A DNA stretch of 64,000 nt from Macrostomum lignano (taxonomy: Eukaryota): assembly GCA_002269645.1 (NCBI GenBank), contig NIVC01000608.1, forward strand, positions 1 through 64,000. The letters are read 5' to 3'. Shown one piece after another: positions 50,241 to 62,463 of this stretch (position 1 is the stretch's first letter; each line of letters starts with the position of its first letter). The notes below the pieces were generated by a model. That model did no database searches and was not told the origin of the DNA. It saw only the letters and a program-made list of their open reading frames with translations. Made by a program: the position numbers and the translations under genes.

Positions 50241-53200
50241 CTGCAGTTGTATGAGGATTTGGCATTGGGATAAATCAAATGCGATCCGGAGATGAGGATC
50301 GGGATCAATTCTGGGTATAAAGATTAGGATTATAAAATCTGATCTTTAGATGAAGATTGGGATCATATTGTGGGATCTAGGGGGTGAGGATTGGGGTTAT
50401 AATGTGAGATCTAGGGGATGAGGATTGGGATCATATTGTGGGATCTAGGGGGTAAGGATTGGGATCATATTGTGGGATCTAGGGGGTGAGGATTGGGGTT
50501 ATAATGTGAGATCTAGGGGTGATGATTGGGATCATATTGTGGGATCTAGGGGGTGAGGATTGGGATCATATTGTGGGATCTAGGGGGTGAGGATTGGGGT
50601 TATAATGTGAGATCTAGGGGATGAGGATTGGGATCATATTGTGGGATCTAGGGGATGAGGATTGGGATCATATTGTGGGATCTAGGGGGTGAGGATTGGG
50701 ATCATATTGTGGGATCTAGGGGATGAGGATTGGGGTTATAATGTGAGATCTAGGGGTGATGATTGGGATCATAAAGTGAGATCTAGGGGATGAGGGATTT
50801 GGACTAAAAAGTGGGATTTAGGGGATGAGGATTTGGATTTTAAAGTGGGATCTAGGGGATGAGGATTGGGATTAAAGTGGGATCTAGGGGTGAGGATTGG
50901 GATCATATTGTGGGATCTAGGGGATGAGGATTGGGGTTATAATGTGAGATCTAGGGGTGATGATTGGGATCATAAAGTGAGATCTAGGGATGAGGGATTT
51001 GGACTAAAAAGTGGGATTTAGGGGATGAGGATTTGGATTTTAAAGTGGGATCTAGGGGATGAGGATTGGGATTAAAGTGGGATCTAGGGGATGAGGATTG
51101 GGATCATATTGTGGGATCTAGGGGATGAGGATTGGGGTTATAATGTGAGATCTAGGGGTGATGATTGGGATCATAAAGTGAGATCTAGGGGATGAGGATT
51201 GGGGTTATAATGTGAGATCTAGGGGTGATGATTGGGATCATAAAGTGAGATCTAGGGGATGAGGATTGGGATTTTAAAGTGGGATCTAGGGGATGAGGAT
51301 TGGGAGTATAAAGTGGGATTTAGGAGATGACGATTAGGAATTAAAAAGTGGGATCTAGGGGATGAGCTTGGCGATGGTTCCCAACCTCCACGATTGGTGC
51401 CAAGCGGGCAGACTGGCGTGCCAGTCTGGCAAATAAGGAACCGGGGGGGCGGTGAGGCCCGCGGCCGTGATTTGAAAACCACGTCCCGCGGGCAAAACCG
51501 CACCCGGCAGAGTGACCACGGCATAACGAACCGTGGGACCTCTTTAAACGAAACCATCGTGAATCACCGGAGAGAGCAGGCGAGAGAGACAAGATCGGCA
51601 ATGCGAAGCGTAAGAGCTGGAGTAAGGGACTCCCGGTGAGCTATGCCGAAAGGCGACAAAAAGCGAGAAGAAGAAGAAGAAGATCTAGGGGATGAGGATT
51701 GGGATTATAAAGTGAGATCTAGGGGATGAGGACTGGGATCATTAAGTGGGATTTAGGGGATGAGGATTGGGATCATAATATAGAATTTAAGGATGAGGAT
51801 TGGGATTTCTCTATCGAGGACTGAGGCTAACACTCGCCAGTAGCAAAGCAGCCCTCCCTCCGCCCACCATCGCTGCTGACTCCACTGTCTCCGCCGCTGT
51901 CCTGTTCCGTCGCATTTGTCAACCTCCGCTTCAACGGTGGTGCAGCAGAGGCGTTCGATATTTCAGCAGCCGCTGTCGCCGCCGCCGCCGCTTCGCTGTT
52001 GAAATCTTCGTCGGCAACGGCGTGTCGCTCGAGCAGATGTTGGTCAAGCTGATCGGCGCTAGTGAACCTGGTGTTGGCGCACAGGAAGCAGGAGTACTTT
52101 GCTATGCAGGAGACGGCTTCGACAATAATCACTTTGGATTGCTGCTTCCGGGTGCAGCTTAGCTCGTGCCGAGCCTCCTGATTGGCGCCAGTTTGAGCAG
52201 CCGCTGGAGTCAAACCGGAAGGAGGGTTGCCTGAACAGTCAGCTGGTTTGCAGCTTAGCTCGTGCCGAGCCTCCTGATTGGCGCCAGTTTGAGCAGCTGC
52301 TGGAGTCAAACCGGAAGGAGGCATCAGTAAAAAAGGTCCAAAAATAAATAAAATACCAAAATAAAATGACCCTGGAGTCTACAGACTCAGTGTTAACAGA
52401 TTACTCGCGTAGATTCTGACTTGGTTATAAACCAAATGGAAATCTAGGGAATTACAGACCGATGACCAGCCGAAAATATTGGGAATTAGGGGCCGATGAC
52501 CAGCCGAAAATATGGGGAATTAGGGGCCGATGACCAGCCGAAAATATGGGGAATTAGGGGCCGATGACCAGCCGAAAATATGGGGAATTAGGGGCTGATG
52601 ACCAGCCGAAAATATGGGAAATTAGGGGCCGATGACCAGCCGTAAATATGGGGAATTAGGGGCCGATGACCAGCCGAAAATATGGGGAATTAGGGGCCGA
52701 TGACCAGCCGTAAATATGGGGAATTAGGGGCCGATGACCAGCCGTAAATATGGGGAATTAGGGGCCGATGACCAAATGCAAATATAGGGAATTAGGGGCC
52801 GATGACCAAATACAAATATAGGGAATTAGGGGCCGGTGACCGATGTAAATTCTGCAAACAGCAAACACCCTAAATCTGTACTAACCAACTCTGCACTCCT
52901 GCCCGCTGTCCTCTTCTACTCGTAGTTCGCCATCATTTCTGTTAGTTGAGGCGAACGATTCGGAGTTCGAACCCGCGTGCTGCCTCAACAGATGCCGGTC
53001 AAGACAATCGGCCGTAGGCAGCTCACGATCGCATAGGAAGCACTTGTAGGGCTTGAGTTGATTAGGCTGAGGCGAATTACTTCCACTGCGATCAAACTGT
53101 TGCTGCTGCTGCTGCCGCTGTCGAAGTTCAGATTCGGCGATGTTGCGACGACGCATTTTGAGAAAATTTTTCAGCACATTTGTCACCTTTCGGTCTTTGC

Positions 53201-54197
53201 TAATTGGGGCACTGAGATTAGGAGGCCGTCGTTGAGACTGCGGAGATTCTGACTGATTTGAGCATTGCTGTGGCCTGGAAGACTGAATAGATAGGGGGGA
53301 AGGCGTTTTAGTAAAATGTGTTTTAGCTACTTGAAATAGAGCTGTACTGATATTTTAATTGCAGTTGATAAAATTATCAAGGCTTGCATGCAACATTCTT
53401 GAATAGCGGGGACTTAGAATTCGAGGGATTTAAATTCCAGGAAATCGAAATTATGAAGATTTGAATTCCAGGAAATACCAAAACTCTGCGGATTTAAATT
53501 TCAAGAAACCGAGATTCTGAGGATTTGAATTCCAGGAAACCGAAATTCTGAGGATTTGAATTCCAGGAAACCGAAATTCTGAAGATTTGAATTCCAGGAA
53601 ATCGAATATCTAAGGATTAGAATTACAGGAAACCGAAATTCTGAAGATTAGAATTCCAGGAAACCGAAATTCTGAAGATTAGAATTCCAAGAAACGAAAA
53701 TTCTGAAGATTAGAATTCCAAGAAACGAAAATTCTGAAGATTAGAATTCCAAGAAACGAAAATTCTGAAGATTAGAATTCCAGGAAATCGAATATCTAAG
53801 GATTTGAATTCCAAGACACCTACAGAAAAGCAAATGCAGATCGAACTACCTGAACAGCGGCTCCATTTTCCAAACTAAACGAAAGATCCTCTCTGAGTTG
53901 TCCACGGGTAACATCTGGGCAATCTGAATGGCAGACAACTAGATGCTCCATCAATTCCCAATCAGTTGGGCAAGTCTCACTACAAAGCTCGCATTGCCAA
54001 TTTGCACTGGCAGAATTTGGCGTTGGCGGCACATGCAGCTGCAGTGACACAGCAGGGTTGGGCTGCATCAGCATTAGCTGACGGTGTTCAGCCAGATGAC
54101 TGGCAAGCTCCTGCTGGCTGGACTGTGGCAGCCAGCATAGTGGACAGGCCAGTGTGGCCTGCAGCTGCCTGTTGCAATCTGGCTGGGCTTCTTGCAT
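49894..54197 (-). CDS. C2H2 zinc-finger protein, six dispersed fingers, 4 exons, about 517 aa
   Basis: Join(-) 54197-53850, 53282-52886, 52299-51838, 50240-49894 = 1554 nt, in frame. Fingers CPLC..HLAEH, CELC..HLVVCH, CFLC..HLLRQH, CFLC..HLLERH, CPIC..HTYRTH, CPIC..HMISH. The exon 3 boundaries and the true start are less certain. Confidence 0.8.
50290..51810. repeat. About 34-bp G-rich minisatellite GATCTAGGGGATGAGGATTGGGATCATATTGTGG, interrupted at 51367-51681
   Basis: Fills ZnF intron 3. Confidence 0.93.
51367..51681 (+). mobile_element. 5'-truncated retroposed insert (non-LTR element or SINE) with (AAG)n tail and 15-bp TSD
   Basis: Unique GC-rich 315 bp inside a satellite; ends in AGAAGAAGAAGAAGAA; flanked by GATCTAGGGGATGAG at 51352-51366 and 51682-51696. 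Confidence 0.75.
51838..52299 (-). CDS. ZnF exon C (finger 4)
   Basis: CTGAT branch-like site, then GACTCCAG|CAG acceptor; KYSCFLCANTRFTSADQLDQHLLERH; probable CTG|GCGAGT donor, phase 1. Confidence 0.72.
52450..52845. repeat. 34-bp minisatellite GGGGAATTAGGGGCCGATGACCAGCCGAAAATAT
   Basis: ZnF intron 2. Confidence 0.94.
52886..53282 (-). CDS. ZnF exon B (finger 3)
   Basis: CCCCCTATCTATTCAG acceptor; open frame through KPYKCFLCDRELPTADCLDRHLLRQH; G|GTTAGT donor, phase 1. Confidence 0.78.
53420..53815. repeat. About 31-bp minisatellite GATTTGAATTCCAGGAAACCGAAATTCTGAG
   Basis: ZnF intron 1. Confidence 0.92.
53850..54197 (-). CDS. ZnF exon A (fingers 1-2)
   Basis: ATG at 54197; CAG|GTAGTT donor, phase 0. 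Confidence 0.78.
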
Positions 54198-57100
54198 GAA
54201 AGGGAATGCAATTTAATATTTAACTTAACATTAAATACCAGTATAGCTATAGGATTAGGATTCTATAGCAACTATGATGAAATTGGTAGGCCTACCTATT
54301 ACCTAATAGTAATTAGACCTAGCTATTTCCTTTTCTATATAGCTACTACAAGTACTAAAGAAATATAATTGTTAGATGTTTTTTTATTTATATAGTGCTA
54401 TGCCTTTTGTGACTTTTTTATCATTAGTAACTATAATATAATAATATGAAACTAATCACTTAGTTGTACAAAGAAAGGCTACATCATATATACCAAGTGT
54501 ACATTGTTTAATGTTGGCCATTAAGTTACACTCAGAGTCATTGTTGATATCAGTTGACTTGCCAATAGCATAGTCAAGATCAGTATTGGTATAGAAGAAT
54601 GTTATAATAGCCTGTGACAGCTTGGTTAGCAAGGGTAAGCTGTTTTACTAATAATGTCCTTTTGCACTATAGCTTATTATCAAGACTATTAGTACATCTA
54701 TTAGATATTCTATAGCTAAAAGGCCTTGGAGATATAGCTACTATATTTCTTAGCAAATATAGTCAAAAAGAATATCAAAAACAAACACAAAAAGTGGGCA
54801 ATATAAGAAAATAAAAATACAAAATGCAATACAAAGACCAACATAACATAAGTACATAACTAAATTAAAAATGCAATTAGGTCTAGTGGTAGCATTGGTT
54901 TAGGCCTAGCCCAAATTAAAAATCATGTATAATGGGCCTATAGGGTATACTAAACATTTTTATGCCTACTCCATAGTCTGGATCATGCTAGGTACATGCC
55001 TGAACAAAAATCAAATAATAACAAATACATGCTAAAAAATTAAGTTCACATCCATTCTTAAAACTATGCAGGTATTACGACAATAAATGACCTTTTTATA
55101 TTATGAAAATAAATGACCCTTTTTTAAATTGCACAATGGACCCTTTTTGGCAAATAATTTGGTTTTTGCTTTTTGGCAATATTATTTACTACTATTACTA
55201 AAAATTGATACATACACAGATTTGTTAAAATGATTTATTATGAGCTTAAAAACCTGAAAAGCTTAAAATTTAGACTTAAAATGAACTTTTTTATCTTTTT
55301 TTCTATTGCACTGTAACTTTTCTGTGATTATATAAAGTGCATGCCAGGTGTTTTTTATTAGAGACAGGGGGGTTGTGTGTACCTTGGCACACTTTAAGTG
55401 ACATAGGTACAAAACTAGCAAAAGGCATTACTGCCCATTCTGCCAACTCTCCTGAGTAGGCATACAAGCACGCGGATATGTATGTAGGCACACACTTACA
55501 CAGGAGTGTACAGAGGCTCTAACTTTATTTATTGTTAAGCATATATATACTTTATTGCGCCTTAGGGGATGGGCTCTCAAGGCTGTTAATTGCATAAGCA
55601 GAGCCAAGCCAAGATTTTAATTCAGCCCCAAATTAATGTGACTGCACTTGGAATCAAGCCTGGGTTGTTGGCACACCAGAGCTTGTGCTAGACTGCTGGG
55701 CTACGGCCCTCTGCATGCCAAGTGTGCACATAAAGGCCTATACTATTTTCTTAGAAGTGATGGATGCCAATTGTGCATGCTTGTTTTTGGCATGCAAGGC
55801 CAATGCATGCCTGAATTTTCTGGCATAGGCCTATACTAATATGATCTGGAGTGTGGTGCATACTATAGCCTAAGCCTAGGCTATTAAATGCATTTGGTAT
55901 GATATTATTATTGTTATAGTTATATAATATTTAAACATAATAAAATAGCTTCAATTTAACCCAATATAATTTGACATAATTTTATATAAAAGCACATTAT
56001 TATTAGCATATTATTTTATAGGCCTATTTAGGAATATTAGGCCTGTCATGCCTATGATCTTACTATAGATAGATAGATGAGCCTAAGGTGGCAAGGCCTA
56101 GGATATATCTATATCTTAGGCTTAAGGCTTAAAAACATTAAGAACTAATTAATAAAGGCTTCATTGTAGGGCCTACCTATCTATTAAGCTAATAAACTTC
56201 AAAATATGCCTAGTAGGCCTACAGACTAGAGACCAATACAAGTCTGCCATTTGTAGACTAGCTGGCTGCCTCATCCCATGGGCCATGGGATACCCCAGCT
56301 CGAGCTCTAAGGCCCATGAGAGTTAGCTGTAGCATGCTAGGCCTAGTGGCAAGACCAATATAATTTGGCAATTGGCATAATTAACTCACACAATTTTTTC
56401 TGCATTGAAGATTCAAGAATGAAGAAGACGAGACAAAGGCAAGATTATTTTCATAAAAATGTAGGCCTACCATACACCTAATAAAGCATTTCGATATGAT
56501 AGACTATTGATATATGCCCTACCCATCTGACATCAATGTTAGACTGAACCAAACCTTAGATTACCGATCATACCTAATGAACATTTCGCTTACATTGATT
56601 TCAATCGATTACACCACACGTACTTGTAATTAACCAGCAGTTTTGCGAGTTTAAACATTAAGCATATCTATTTCTCCGAAAATGCATGTTTAAGCAAACC
56701 TGACAAAAAATAATGTGCTCTATTCAGTGTAACACACACACTAATAAATGTAGAATTCGGTTTTTCAAATAAAAATAATTTTCTGTAAAAAACGGAAATT
56801 GTTTAAGATCTCGGTTAAATTCAGAACTGATTTTCCGATATTATCGAGAATTCTAGAGTCCACCATACTCTACAGTACACGTCCCAATCCCAAAGCTTAA
56901 TTAATCATTCGTATAACTAGCTATACTTATCTTGCGTTAGTTCGGTAGCATCAAGGAATACTGAAATTATATGTATACTAACTAAGGTCTATACTAGTTT
57001 ACGGATTACTCAAGAATAAAAGCTAGCTATGCCATCACATCTACTACAAGTGGTCCTTGAGTAATCCGTGCATGCGTGCAGTGCATGGCTTGTAAGGGCC

Positions 57101-57719
57101 GTTGTTGTCCTTTGGGGTAGCATCAGCAGCAAGCTAAATGTAGAGTTATTACCCTTTTGCATATGTATTCGTTCTGACGAATATTTACACAATTTACTGT
57201 GTGCATGTTTTTACTTTCTCTTAAAGCAATACAAAATGCACATGTACATATGCAAGTCTATTTACTTTATTCAGCTGCTCGTTCTTCAACATGTACGTGA
57301 CACTTTGTCGATTGGAACGCGATTTCACATGTACATGTGCCTAGTAGCTCTTGATACTGTTTACAGTAACAAAACAATGCATGGAGTCAACAGCTATAGA
57401 ATCCCACGCAAACAAATTAAATAAGGAATTTGGTATTTACATGTAGCTATTTTTGTCACTGGAAACGACTATATACTACTTTATCGCAATATGATATTCA
57501 GTTTATCTATTCAAGATTTACATACAATATTCCTGCGTTGCATGGTCATGCAGATAATGAATTATTCACACATTACATGTAGGCGTATCGTGATCAAGGT
57601 TAGCTCGATAAATGAATTGAGAAAAATGCATGGCATTGGGTCGAGAACTGCAATGATCCATAGATTGAGTACGAGCAACGTACACGCGTCAGCATTTGAA
57701 AAAATATATAGTGAAAATT

Positions 57720-58130
57720 GGGCATGTCAGACAGGTATTCAGTGTCAGACAAAACACATTCAGGGAGGCATGTCAGACAAGGTATTCAGTGTCAGACAAG
57801 ACACATTCAGGGAGGCATGTCAGACAAGGTATTCAGTGTCAGACAAGACACATTCAGGGAGGCATGTCAGACAAGGTATTCAGTGTCAGACAAGACACAT
57901 TCAGGGAGGCATGTCAGACAAGGTATTCAGTGTCAGACAAGACACATTCAGGGAGGCATGTCAGACAAGGTATTCAGTGTCAGACAAGACACATTCAGGG
58001 AGGCATGTCAGACAAGGTATTCAGTGTCAGACAAGACACATTCAGGGAGGCATGTCAGACAAGGTATTCAGCGTCAGACAAGACACATTCAGGGAGGCAT
58101 GTCAGACAAGGTATTCAGTGTCAGATAATA
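57720..58130. repeat. 47-bp minisatellite GGCATGTCAGACAAGGTATTCAGTGTCAGACAAGACACATTCAGGGA
   Basis: About 9 units; internal TGTCAGACAAG duplication. Confidence 0.95.
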
Positions 58131-59212
58131 CACATTGACAGGCACGTCGTTGCATGGTAATCAGACAAGAATTCAATGAAATCCTGTGAAAAATCGATGG
58201 CTCTGAAGAAAAAACGGGCACGAATGTATTGCTATGAAAAGCAATGAAAAAAATGGTTACTGGCATTCACAGACGAAGTATAATGTAAATAATTCCAGTA
58301 TCGAATTGCATTGTATAATCTTGCCAAACTGCGTTAAAATCACGCGCATCAACTCTTGGCAAATGTGGTAAAAATTGAAATGTCAAGCAATGCGCTATAG
58401 TTATTCGCGAAATTGTTCAAGTCTCGGAAAGTTTATCTTTGCACTTCCCTCCCCCAGCCCAAATCCACATTTAATCCGCATTAACTGGGCTGCATGGAAG
58501 TTGAAAATTTGTAGAAACTTAAAAGGCACAGAGCAAAGTTTCAACTTTAGCAAAAGTTAGCAATATTTATTATAAGCAGCAGACGCCATATATAGACTCT
58601 CGTATAGACAGAAGGGCAAGTATTTACAGCAGAGTCAAACGCAGTTCCTCATCTAGAGAAGTGCAGACTAAATCCCGGTCACTGAAGAATTAAGTAAATC
58701 GATCACACTGAAAGCACGAACCAGCTGTCACACTGGTTGGAATAATAAGAATTCCATTCAACGCTTAGTAACCTATACAGTATAGTGAATTTTGAATTCT
58801 GATCGGAGATAGTCACGAATGCCATGCGCATTTCTTGGAGCCTGAATAAACTCAGATTAAGCCGGCAGCTTTTTGGTCCGTGGCTTTCAACTATATTTGA
58901 GCAGTGTTGAGCTTCGGAGAGATTACCGGATTAATCTTCAAGATTTTTAAGCAAGATGCTTTAGCCTTTTAGTTCATCGAAGGTCTCTCCCGATCTGCTT
59001 GACATTTCTGTAATTTATCGCCAGTGCAAATGGGAAAAATCTACTTTCCTAATGAAAAAGTCAATTTTTTGAGAAGAGAGACAGAATTTTATTACTATTT
59101 GAGGAATTTGTTTTACTTAAGCCATAGTGTTGTGTTTGAGGCCAAGCCTAGTTCAGGTACCGTATCAACATTCGCATCAACTCATGGCTACATTCAGTAG
59201 TGTATTATGTAA

Positions 59213-59363
59213 ATAATAAACGCCGTTTAATTCACATTTTGTGGTTAGAATGTCTGAGGCTGCGTTTAATGGTCTCGAGGCGAGCGTAGCGAGCCGAGGA
59301 CCATTGATTGCAGCCGAGGATATTCTAACCATAGACTATGATGAATTAAACGGCGTTTATTAT
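59213..59363. mobile_element. 151-bp palindromic non-autonomous element
   Basis: Perfect terminal arms ATAATAAACGCCGTTTAATTCA / TGAATTAAACGGCGTTTATTAT; inner arms TGGTTAGAAT/ATTCTAACCA, GGCTGC/GCAGCC, AATGGTC/GACCATT; centre GAGGCGAGCGTAGCGAGCCGAG. Confidence 0.7.
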
Positions 59364-62300
59364 ATATGTTATTATTTATAAAGACTTTCCGTGAAAATAT
59401 TTGCGTTCTCCGGGATTTTATTTGGTAATATTCAATAATATCCCGTAAAGTCTTAATGTCTATGGTTTATACGAGATTACACATGCCTTTTTCGGGAGTT
59501 ATTTTCATAAATCCCTCAAAAGCATGTTTAATCTTATACAGAAACCCGAATACTCATAGCTGGCTGAGTCTCGGTTAGGTCTGGTTCCTGATTCCGCCAA
59601 AATCAGGACTACTGAGTCTCCATGCAGTTCTATGCTATTTTTAGAAATCCATGGCTTGTAAGTAAGGACTGTCTATGGTTTATCAAGCGGGGAGCTAAAG
59701 TAGGTCCGGGGCGTGAATGTTCTCTTATTCACTTATTTCTGTCAAACTGACCAAGCTGAAAAAGCACGGGAGTCACAAAAAGGGTAACACACTTTACGCC
59801 GATGGTAGGCAAACTCACGCTCGCAGAGCCTCTCTATCCGCGGCCCTCGGGTCCTTTGAAACTTTACAAAAACAATCCGGCCCGCTCAAGGTTTGTCTTT
59901 TCTTAGTCCCTGCTCTCTAATCTCCTCTGTCTTTTCTCTCCCCTCTCTCCTCTCCTCTCTTCTGTCCTCTTCTATGTCCAAGCAAGCATCTAACATCCAT
60001 GCAATCAATCATTTTGCAGTTTTACCATTTAATAGAGCAGCTGCGCGAGGAGTTTTGGCGATTCAATTTCAGCTCGATTGGAAATTCCTGTCGTTTACAG
60101 TACGAGCTAAACACAGTCAGGAAACTTTTGTAACACCTCTCGGATGTATACATTTTAGGATCCTATAGTAAGCATCAGACGCCTATCTATATACATGTAT
60201 ATAATAAGTGTCTGGCCAGACTAAGCAGGTCGCAATGTCGCCGCAATATTGACATTGCGCATACGCCCGCACGAGGACTGAATCTTAGGAGCTAGGAATC
60301 AAAGTCATCGACTACCATCCTAACCATTTCTTGATCATCCTTCAATCGTTAATCAAAGTCCTCCGCTGCGTCTCTGCGCCGGCTGGTAATGGGGTGGTGA
60401 TCATCAATCACATCTCTCGGGAGGGAAGGCCGCAATGCTGCCAATCTACGACACAAATTCTAGGCGCCTAGGCTTAGGCCCAAAGAAGAGTTTGAGCTCT
60501 CACTATTGCCACACGATCGCCTATACTATTTTTGAATCTCTATCTCCCTAGTTGATTACGCTCGTACATCTTTTTCACGCCCCGCGCCGCGATCAGATAG
60601 TGAGGTTGAAGACTTGAGACCAAATACGAGTATGTGGAACAGCTGAGACGACTAGAGGAAGCGTCCAATTTTGACGAGATCGAAAATGCAAATGACCCGA
60701 CATCCCGTGTTCCAGACCGCGGCTTTCATTGATAAAGTTTTCAGCTGACTAAAGCTTAGGTCACAGCGCGGCAAACACAGCTGTCTAGTTATTGTATTAC
60801 TTGAAGTAGTTAGAACTATACGATTATAGGCACTCGCAAATAACTTGATACCGCCTAGAGTAAATACATAATGTAGTAAAGCAAAAAGTCTGCTGCATTG
60901 GTGCTCCTGCACTATCGGCCTAATTATCTGCCAACTGGATCTCTCCGGTCTAAGCAGCCGATCTGCCAGCCAAATCTCCAGCTATCGATTCTGTAACTGC
61001 CTCTGCGCCAGGAGGTAATCCGCAGAGGACAAACAGTCTTGAGCTCATGCGCAGATAGAAGGCTCAAACCCTTGTCAGACTGTATGCCAACCGGACTAGC
61101 TAATCCAATAGAAGCCACCAATTAGCACCCCGTCTGGGCCACTGCGTCGATTTTTTATAAAATCAAAGCAGACAAAATCAACTACTGTACGAGTAGAAGG
61201 CAGTTTGTCACGTCGATTCTGAAGTCGATGGAATAAATCAATTCAGAAATTTGCTTTTCCTTCATCATTTTATCTGTAAAAAACAACTTTCTTTTTACAA
61301 TAGAAACTTTCTTCCGCAGCATCAGTAGTTGGTCAATCTCGTCGGCCTTATCGGCGCCACGCCGACTGTTAAAACGGCAACAGGCGAGCCATCAAAGCGG
61401 CACTGCATCGCCGCGCCAGCCTGACCCGTCCAAGCGACGTGTCGCGCCGACGGAGACTCCAGTTGGCAGGCTACATCATCCACACCGAGTCGTACTGCCC
61501 ACAGACAGTGCAGGAGGTGCTGCTACTGACTCTGTATCCGTTTCGTCGATTGACGGCCAACGACAAGACTCCGAGGCGCGCCCGGCCTGTAGCGCTATTG
61601 TTCTGAATGCCCTATAATGCTTCGACAACATAACATAAAGATTTTGTACAAAATCCCAGTGTATTGGATTTATATTATATTGGATTAGCAAGATGAGATT
61701 AAGGACAAAATCCTGTCTTCTTCGCAAAGAAATTTACTTCAACAAATTTTCACTTAATTGTCTTCAATTTCAAATACGGCACAAAGCCGACAGCAGTTAA
61801 GACGGTCACGATTTTTCACGATTCTCACGGAAGCATGCCTTCGTCAGGTCAGCTCACCGAAGATTCTTAATAAAATATTTCGTGAATATAGACGCCGCGG
61901 TGAATACTAGTTGCAGACTCTCTTGTTAATTCGTTTCACCTACCTTCTGCACCAATTGACCCATGCTCACATAATCATAGGCATCTGCCGGCGTCTGTAT
62001 AGAATTCCCGAGCACGAGAAATTTGAGTAGCTGCCTTAGTCCCCAGGGCGCAGTCTCGTGTCTCGGCCTACCCTGCAAGCTTTCCAGGCCAGCCCGCTAA
62101 TAAGCGAATACGTGACGAGCCGCTTCAACTGCCGTGCACCTTTCGACACGTCTCGCGTGCATCTTCTGAGCAAAGTCGTTATCCCTTTGTCGTCATCCCT
62201 CTAGGAGCAGACGGCTGACACGTTCGCCCTTCGGGGTTACTGCAGTAGTTGACCAATAGCATGCCATCTGAGGCCCCATTCGCTCTCCATTTTATCCCAC

Positions 62301-62463
62301 GGCCTCTCCAATCCGATTCCTAGGCATGCTTCGCCCTATTCTCTCCAGTGCCTTCTGATAAAAACTGGGCCCAGTAAATCAGAAAGATCGCCATCTCGAA
62401 CTGCCTAACAACTTCTGGTTGAATTCCTACCTTCTCTCTACTCGCAATTCCCGCCACGCTGCT

